Positions 58,078-64,000 of a stretch of 64,000 bases of DNA are shown piece by piece. A program made the position numbers and the translations under genes. This DNA comes from an uncultured Acidobacteriota bacterium (lineage in GTDB: Bacteria; Acidobacteriota; Thermoanaerobaculia; Multivoradales; UBA5704). Each line of letters opens with the position of its first letter. Within the stretch, counting starts at the first letter, position 1. The DNA lies in the NCBI GenBank assembly GCA_963700145.1, contig OY969474.1:1344001-1408000 (forward strand). Reading direction: 5' to 3'. Under the pieces are notes generated by a model. That model was not told the origin of the DNA. It searched no databases and saw only the letters and a program-made list of their open reading frames with translations.

Positions 58078-60975
58078 ATGCGACGCCTCGTCAGCCCCGC
58101 TCTTCTCATTGTCACCCTCGCGCTTCTCTTCTCGCCCGCGGCCCCGGCCGCCGGTCCGTTGCACCACAACGCCGACGGCACGATCAGCGACCTCGGCACC
58201 GGCCTCACCTGGGTCCGCGACCGCAACTTCGCGGTCAGCTCCGGCTTCGCGCGCGCCGCCGTCCTGCCGCGCGCCCAGGCGGTGCAGCTGATCGCCGCGA
58301 TGAACGCCGGCGCGGTCGAGAACTTCGGCCGCAGCGACTGGCGCCTGCCCACCCGGCGCGAGCTGCTGCGCATCTCGGCGCTCCTCGGCGGCTCGCCGCT
58401 GCGCCCGCAGCGCGGCGGGCGCTTCGGCCTGCCCAACCTCGCGGGCGACGCGGTCTACGCCTGGCCGGTCGTCGGCGCCTCCGTCCTCGCCGGCTTCGAC
58501 GAGGTGGCGGTGCTCGCCACCAACAGCATCGACATCGGCCGCGCCTCGTCGGTGCAAGGCGGCGTCGCGGTCAACGACGCCAGCCCCGGCCCGACGCTGC
58601 GCCCCGGCTTCGAGCTGGGCGTCGGACGCGGCACGACCATCGCCGGCGACATCGCGGCGGACTCGATCGTCCTCGACCGCGGCGCCGCGGTGGGCGCGGT
58701 CTCCTACAACACGCTGAGCAACGACAACGCCTCGACCGGCCCGCTCGACACCCCGCTGCCGCTGCCGGTCTTCACGCTGCTGCCGCAGTTCCAGACCGCG
58801 GCGCTGCGGCCGGAGTCGGTGGACGTCTTCGTGGCCACGGGCCAGACCGTGAACCTCCCGGCCGGCGACTACGACGACATCGAGATCGCCTCCGGCGGCA
58901 CGCTGGCGCTGGCCGGCGGCGCCTACAACGTCCGCTCGCTCGTCTTCTCGGGCGGCCAGGGCAGCTGCGGGCAGCCCTGCCGTGTCGTCACCTTCGCCGA
59001 CAACCTCGACCTGCGCATCGCCGAGCGGCTCGACCTCGGCTCGTTCGGGAGCTTCGGCCCGGCCGACGGCTCGGGCCTGACCGCCTCGCAGGCCATCGTC
59101 TACGTCGGCGGCGTGGACGGCCCGGACGGCCTGCCGCGGGCGGTCTCGTTCGGCCGCGGCAGCACCCTCGACGCCAACGTCTATGCGCCGAACGGCACCA
59201 TCGTGCTCGAGCAGGACGCGACCGCCAACGGCACCCTGATCGGGCGCGACGTGCGGCTCGACCGCAACGTCGCGGTGACGCTCGCGAGCTTCTTCGCCAA
59301 CCGCGCGCCGGTCGCCGACCCCAAGGACGTAGCCACCAGCGGCGCCACGCCGCTGGTCATCACCCTCAGCGGCTACGACCTCGACGGCGACGACATCGAC
59401 TTCGCCATCCTCACCGGGCCGACCCAGGGGACGCTCGGGGCGATCACCCAGGACCCGCCGCCGACCCCGACGCCGCGTCCGGCGACGTCTGGGCTGCGGG
59501 CGTTGACCGCGGCGGTCACCTCGACCGAGACGGCCAGCGTCACCTACACGCCGGCGACCGCCGGCAACGTGGCGGACAGCTTCACCTACAAGGTGACCGA
59601 TCCCCATGGCGCCATCGGTGTCGCGACCGTGCGCATCAACCCGGCGGATACGCCGGAGGTGCCGGACGTGCCGCCGACCACGGTCATCGCCTTCGACGGC
59701 GTCGAGCAGACGACGACCGACCACGCGGTGACCATGACCCTCGACGGCGACGCGCCGGCGGGGGTGTCGCTCGCCTTCGCGATCGTCGCCGGCAGCGGCC
59801 CCGCCAACGGCACGCTCGGCCCGGTCGTCGCCGGCAGCGAGAGCCCGCAGCGGACCGCCAGCGTCGTCTACACCCCGGACACCGGCTTCAACGGCACGAA
59901 CGGCTTCGACTTCACGGCCTGCGGCACGATCTCGAGCACGCTGGTCTGCGACACCGGGCACGTCACGATCACCGTCGCCCCGGCCGTCGTCGAGCCGACC
60001 GACCTGGCGCCGGACAAGACGGCGGAGACGTCCGAGGACCGGCCGCTCGAGATCACGCTCGGCAGCCTGTCGTCAGCGAGCGGCGAATTCAGCGCCGCGA
60101 CGGCGCCCAGCCGCAGGTTCGTCGTCCAGCCGGCCGCCTTCCTCGACAGCGCCGAGATCGCCGGCAACGTCGCCGACGCCAACAACGACGGCTTCGGCGA
60201 CGAGCACGCCGCGCTGCCCGGCTCGGCGCCGATCTTCTCGAGCGCCAGCGTCGGCTTCACCGGCGGCGGGCCCGGCACCAACGGCAAGGCCCGCTTCCAC
60301 ATCGAGTGGGACATCTCGACACTGGGCACCGGAAACCTCGAGAGCGCCACGGTGGTGCTCAACACCCACCGCGGCACGATCGACTCGCTCGACACCGTCT
60401 TCTTCGCCGGCGCCGGCGGCAACTCGGCGCTCGACGACAGCGACTTCGAGTCGAGCCTGGAGGCGGTCGGCGCCACCATGCCGGTGCCGCCGCTGTCGTC
60501 GATGCCGGTCGGCAGCGACGGGACCTTCAGCTTCGACGTCCGGGCGGAGCTGCAGTCGGCGAAGGCCGCCGGCGCGACCCACTTCATCGTCCAGGGGCGG
60601 GTCGACGAGAGCCTCGCGGGGCCGGCGCGCGGCCTCGAGATCCGCACCTCGGCGGCCGGCAACGTCGCGGACTTCCTGCAGCCGCATCTGTCGCTCACCA
60701 CGCCGGGGGTCGTCGCGCCGACGATCTACCGCATCACGTCGCTGCCGGCGAACGGGATCTTGAAGGACTCGCTCGGCGCGACGATCACCAGCGTGCCGGC
60801 GACCCTGCCGAGCTCGCGGGTGAGCTACACGCCGAACACCGGCTTCGTCGGCACCAACAGCTTCGGCTACGAGGCGGAGCTGGGCGCGACGATCCACAGC
60901 GGGTTGGTGTCGATCCTGGTACGGGCCGGCGACTGCGCGACCGACCCGACGCACTGCGACGACGGGCGGCCGTAG
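58078..60975 (+). CDS. Secreted adhesin-like protein: DUF1566-like N-domain + beta-helix + Ig/cadherin-like repeats
   Basis: Signal peptide; DGTISDLGTGLTW...DWRLPTRREL; VYAPNGTI; repeated VTYTP...DSFTY. Confidence 0.85.
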   Translation: MRRLVSPALLIVTLALLFSPAAPAAGPLHHNADGTISDLGTGLTWVRDRNFAVSSGFARAAVLPRAQAVQLIAAMNAGAVENFGRSDWRLPTRRELLRISALLGGSPLRPQRGGRFGLPNLAGDAVYAWPVVGASVLAGFDEVAVLATNSIDIGRASSVQGGVAVNDASPGPTLRPGFELGVGRGTTIAGDIAADSIVLDRGAAVGAVSYNTLSNDNASTGPLDTPLPLPVFTLLPQFQTAALRPESVDVFVATGQTVNLPAGDYDDIEIASGGTLALAGGAYNVRSLVFSGGQGSCGQPCRVVTFADNLDLRIAERLDLGSFGSFGPADGSGLTASQAIVYVGGVDGPDGLPRAVSFGRGSTLDANVYAPNGTIVLEQDATANGTLIGRDVRLDRNVAVTLASFFANRAPVADPKDVATSGATPLVITLSGYDLDGDDIDFAILTGPTQGTLGAITQDPPPTPTPRPATSGLRALTAAVTSTETASVTYTPATAGNVADSFTYKVTDPHGAIGVATVRINPADTPEVPDVPPTTVIAFDGVEQTTTDHAVTMTLDGDAPAGVSLAFAIVAGSGPANGTLGPVVAGSESPQRTASVVYTPDTGFNGTNGFDFTACGTISSTLVCDTGHVTITVAPAVVEPTDLAPDKTAETSEDRPLEITLGSLSSASGEFSAATAPSRRFVVQPAAFLDSAEIAGNVADANNDGFGDEHAALPGSAPIFSSASVGFTGGGPGTNGKARFHIEWDISTLGTGNLESATVVLNTHRGTIDSLDTVFFAGAGGNSALDDSDFESSLEAVGATMPVPPLSSMPVGSDGTFSFDVRAELQSAKAAGATHFIVQGRVDESLAGPARGLEIRTSAAGNVADFLQPHLSLTTPGVVAPTIYRITSLPANGILKDSLGATITSVPATLPSSRVSYTPNTGFVGTNSFGYEAELGATIHSGLVSILVRAGDCATDPTHCDDGRP

Positions 60976-60996
60976 CGGCGCTACGATCGATGTCGT

Positions 60997-61028
60997 AACG
61001 GCGGGCCTCCGGGCCCGCCGTTTTCTTT
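60997..61028 (+). terminator. Intrinsic terminator
   Basis: aacggcgggcc-tccg-ggcccgccgtt hairpin followed by a T-rich run, between convergent genes. Confidence 0.75.
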
Positions 61029-61029
61029 G

Positions 61030-63178
61030 CTAACCGAGCCGCGCCAGCACGGCCTCGAAGCGCGGGGTGCCGCGCAGGGAGACGAGGTCGTGGTCGTGCA
61101 CGATCCAGTCCCTGAGGCCGAAGAGCGGCCCCACCGCCTGCTCGAGGCAATCGAGCGCGCGCTCCGGCAGGCCGGCGAGGGCGTAGACGCAGGCCAGGTT
61201 GTAGAGCACCGCCGGCTCGTCGGCGTCGATCGAGAGCGCCCGCTCGGCGAGCGCCAGGCCCTCCTCGCGCGAGCCCAGGCGCACCAGCGCCCCGCCGGCC
61301 AGGTAGCAGGCGCGGGAGTCGTCGGGATGGAGCTCGAGGTAGCGCTGGGCCAGGGCCACGCCGCGGCGGGTCGCCGCCTCGGCCTCGTCCGGCCGCCCGA
61401 GGGCGTCGAGGACCGAGGTGACCAGGAGAGGCGACTGGTAGTCCTCGGGGCGCGCCGCCTCCGCCCGCGCGAAGAGGTCCGCCGACTCCTCGAGCCGCCC
61501 CTGCGCGAAGCAGGCGCGGGCGAAGAAGTAGAGCGCTTCGAACAGCCCAGGCTGCAGCCGCAGGGCGGTCTGGAACTCCTCCTCGGCCTCGGCGAAGCGG
61601 CGGGCGAGCACCAGCGACTGGCCGCGCGAGGCGTGGGTCTCGGCGAGGTCGGGCGCCAGCTCGACGGCGCGCCAGCTGGCCTCCTCGCCGCGCCGGATCT
61701 CCTCGGGGTCGTTGCCCCACCAGGGGGCGAGCCAGGACGAGCAGTCGGCGAGCCCGGCCCATGCCAGGGCGTAGCCGGGGTCGAGCGCCAGCGCGCGCTC
61801 GAACATCTGGCGCGCGAACTCCATCCCCTTGCGCCGCGCCTGGTAGAAGAACTGCCGCCCGCGCAGGTAGTAGTCGTAGGCCTCGACGTTGCGCGTCGCG
61901 GCCTGGCGCTGCCCGCGCCTCGCTGAGCACGCCGCGCAAGGCGAGCGCCACCTTCTGCGCGATCTCGTCCTGGATCTCGAAGACGTCCGCCAGCCCGCGG
62001 TCGTAGCGCTCGGACCAGAGGTGGTAGCCGCCGTCCACCTCGACGAGCTGCACGGTGACGCGCAAGCGGTCGCCGGCCTTGCGCACGCTGCCTTCGAGGA
62101 CGTGAGTGACGCCGAGCCGCTGGCCGATCGCGCGCACGTCGAGAGCGACATTGCGGAACTGGAACGACGAGGTGCGCGCGGCGACGCGCAGGCCGGCGAC
62201 GCAGCAGAGGGCGTTGAGGATCTCCTCGGCGACGCCGTCGCAGAAGTACTCCTGGTCGCGCCCGGGGGAGAGGTCGCTGAACGGCAGGATGGCGATCGAC
62301 GCCGTTTCCGCGGCAGCCGGCGCGGCGGCGTGCGGCGACGCGGCCAAGGCCTCGAGGTCGAAGGCGAGGTCGGCCGCCGACTGGTAGCGGTCCTCGGGGC
62401 GCTTCGCCAGGCAGCGCCGCACCAGCCGCGCGACCTCAGGCGGCAGGCCGAGCGGCGTCGCGGCGAGATCCGCCGGCTCCTCGCGCAGGACGGCGGCGAG
62501 GGTGTCGGCCGCGGTCTCGCGCTGGAAGGCGCTCTCGCCGGCCAGCAGCTCGTAGACCACGGCGCCGAAGGCGAAGATGTCGGAGCGGGCGTCGGCCGGC
62601 AGCCCGCGCGCCTGCTCGGGCGCCATGTAGCCGGCGGTGCCGAGGAGCGTGCCGGCGAGCGTGCCGGCGACGGTGGGCGCGGTGGCGGCCGTCTCGGGCG
62701 CGCTCACCTTGGCGAGCCCGAAGTCGAGGATCTTGAGGTGCCCGTCGCGGGTCAGGAAGAGGTTCTCGGGCTTGAGGTCGCGGTGCACGACGCCGCGCGC
62801 GTGCGCGGCGGCGATGCCGCGGGCGAGCTGCAACGCCCAGCCGAGCGCGGCCGCGGGCGCCGGCCGGCCGGCGCGCAGCCGGTCGCGCAGCGTCTCGCCT
62901 TCGAGCAGCTCGCAGACCAGGAACGGCGCGCCCTCGTGGCTGCCGAGGTCGTGGACGGCGAGGATGTTGGGGTGGTTGAGCGCCGCCGCGGCGCGCGCCT
63001 CGCGCTCGAACCGCTCCAGCCGCTCGGCGTCCCCCGCCACCTCCGCCGGCAGCACCTTGATCGCCACCTCCCGCCCCAGCCGCCCGTCGCGCGCCCGGTA
63101 GACCTCCCCCATCCCCCCGGCCCCGAGCGGCGCCAGGACCTCGTAGGGACCGAGCCGGCTGCCGGCGGCGAGGCTCAT
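61030..63178 (-). pseudogene. Ser/Thr kinase + TolB-like + TPR protein, frameshifted near 61915
   Basis: Kinase motifs GAGGMG, HRDLKPEN, DFG, YMAPE; SIAILPF. After LRGVLSE the natural continuation ATRNVEAYDYYLRG and the TPRs are in another frame. Confidence 0.8.
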
Positions 63179-63220
63179 GGGCGAGAGCCTACTAGCGAAG
63201 CGGCGTCGCCGCCGTGACGC

Positions 63221-63634
63221 TCAGCTCCTCAGGAGCGCCTTGAATCCTGCCTGCTCGAAGTGCCGGTCGTAGGTCAGGGCTTCGGTGATCCCCTGTCGCC
63301 TCATGATGCTGAACGAAGAGCAGTCCGTGTGACTCCAGCTCTGGTCGGCGCGCTCCGCATACAGGCGCAAGGCTTCCTCGAAGTCGGCGCTCGTCTGCGG
63401 GACGACCTCGACCGCAGGGTCGAGGCGCAACCTCTCGACGAGTGCGGCGGCGGCCGCGCGCAGGAGCCGGCCGCGCCGTGCGAAGTCGTTCAGCCACTCG
63501 ACGAGGATCGCTTCACTCGTCACCAGGCGAACAGCCTGCAAGGAAGCAGATACGCGCCGTGCAGGCTCGTGCAGGTCGTCGTGTGGGTTGAGCAGCGCGA
63601 TCCAGTAGGCGGTATCGACGAAGACCGGCCTCAA
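63221..63634 (-). CDS. VapC-type PIN toxin
   Basis: VFVDTAYWIAL, WSHTDCSSF, ALTYDRHFEQAGF. Confidence 0.9.
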   Translation of the reverse strand: MRPVFVDTAYWIALLNPHDDLHEPARRVSASLQAVRLVTSEAILVEWLNDFARRGRLLRAAAAALVERLRLDPAVEVVPQTSADFEEALRLYAERADQSWSHTDCSSFSIMRRQGITEALTYDRHFEQAGFKALLRS

Positions 63635-63918
63635 TCCTCGTCCTTCGGCGCGCCGTAGAGGTAATGATCCAGGTTCTTCGAGAGATCGGTCGGCACGCTC
63701 TTCCGGACGTCGTCCGGCACCGCGCCGGCAATCTCGGCGGCGACTTCCCAGATGGGAGGCCGGGGCGCCTCTTCCGGACCGGTCACGCCTGTCGGCGTCG
63801 GCGTGTCGATCAGGATGATGACCTCGGCGTCCGACCCGACCGTCAGGTCCGGATGGCGGACCTCGATCGTCCCTTGCTTTTCCACCCTGAGGTTCTCCTT
63901 GATCGCGCGGACCATCAT
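63631..63918 (-). CDS. Cognate antitoxin
   Basis: C-terminal PTDLSKNLDHYLYG; 4-bp overlap with the PIN gene. Confidence 0.8.
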   Translation of the reverse strand: MMVRAIKENLRVEKQGTIEVRHPDLTVGSDAEVIILIDTPTPTGVTGPEEAPRPPIWEVAAEIAGAVPDDVRKSVPTDLSKNLDHYLYGAPKDED

Positions 63919-64000
63919 GCTCTCCCTGCTGCCGCTATGGCTCGGCAGTCCCGCCTCTGCCTCAGTCTACTCCCTCACAATGGGCGGTGCCCCACCCCGA

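Noticed and set aside
58078-58480. Diversity-generating retroelement
   Set aside because: No reverse transcriptase and no adenine-mismatched TR/VR repeat pair visible.
63985-64000. ggtgccccaccccga at the window end as a tRNA 3' end
   Set aside because: Too short, lacks the encoded CCA and the T-loop, and is cut by the window edge.

Overview
Very GC-rich bacterial chromosomal window (roughly 70-75% GC by eye). An ADOP-type duplicated permease, a VWA-like secreted protein and the intergenic repeat types suggest Acidobacteria; this is an inference. The backbone is housekeeping: hutH, hemE-hemG, lemA, tusA, purH, a polyprenyl synthase, ETF-QO, a DPP-IV peptidase, and a yceD-rpmF-plsX-fabD-fabG-acpP-fabF cluster that lacks fabH and is interrupted by a two-component/c-di-GMP gene pair. 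An eroded defence island (~12.2-20.4 kb) lies downstream of tRNA-Phe. It holds a type III R-M system broken by a nonsense codon in the catalytic DPPY motif and by an IS256-associated deletion, an apparently intact low-GC Kiwa-like pair, Fic and DUF433/PIN toxin-antitoxin pairs, and a 375-bp islet bounded by an exact 18-bp duplicate of the tRNA 3' end. The most unusual signals are: (1) a non-coding array of eight 21-nt repeats in a 21-nt register (spacings 42/42/63/43/42/42/63), with variable and partly mutually complementary spacers, between an XRE-HTH gene and a Ku + MerR-TPR gene pair with no ligD in the window; (2) a 1212-aa lipase-like + CHAT protease + Cys/His-rich fusion protein; (3) a ~170-nt long hairpin upstream of yceD; (4) two REP-like repeat families, one of which supplies a stop codon and part of a -10 box; (5) widespread leaderless-type promoters. 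All calls come from reading motifs by eye; no database searches were run.
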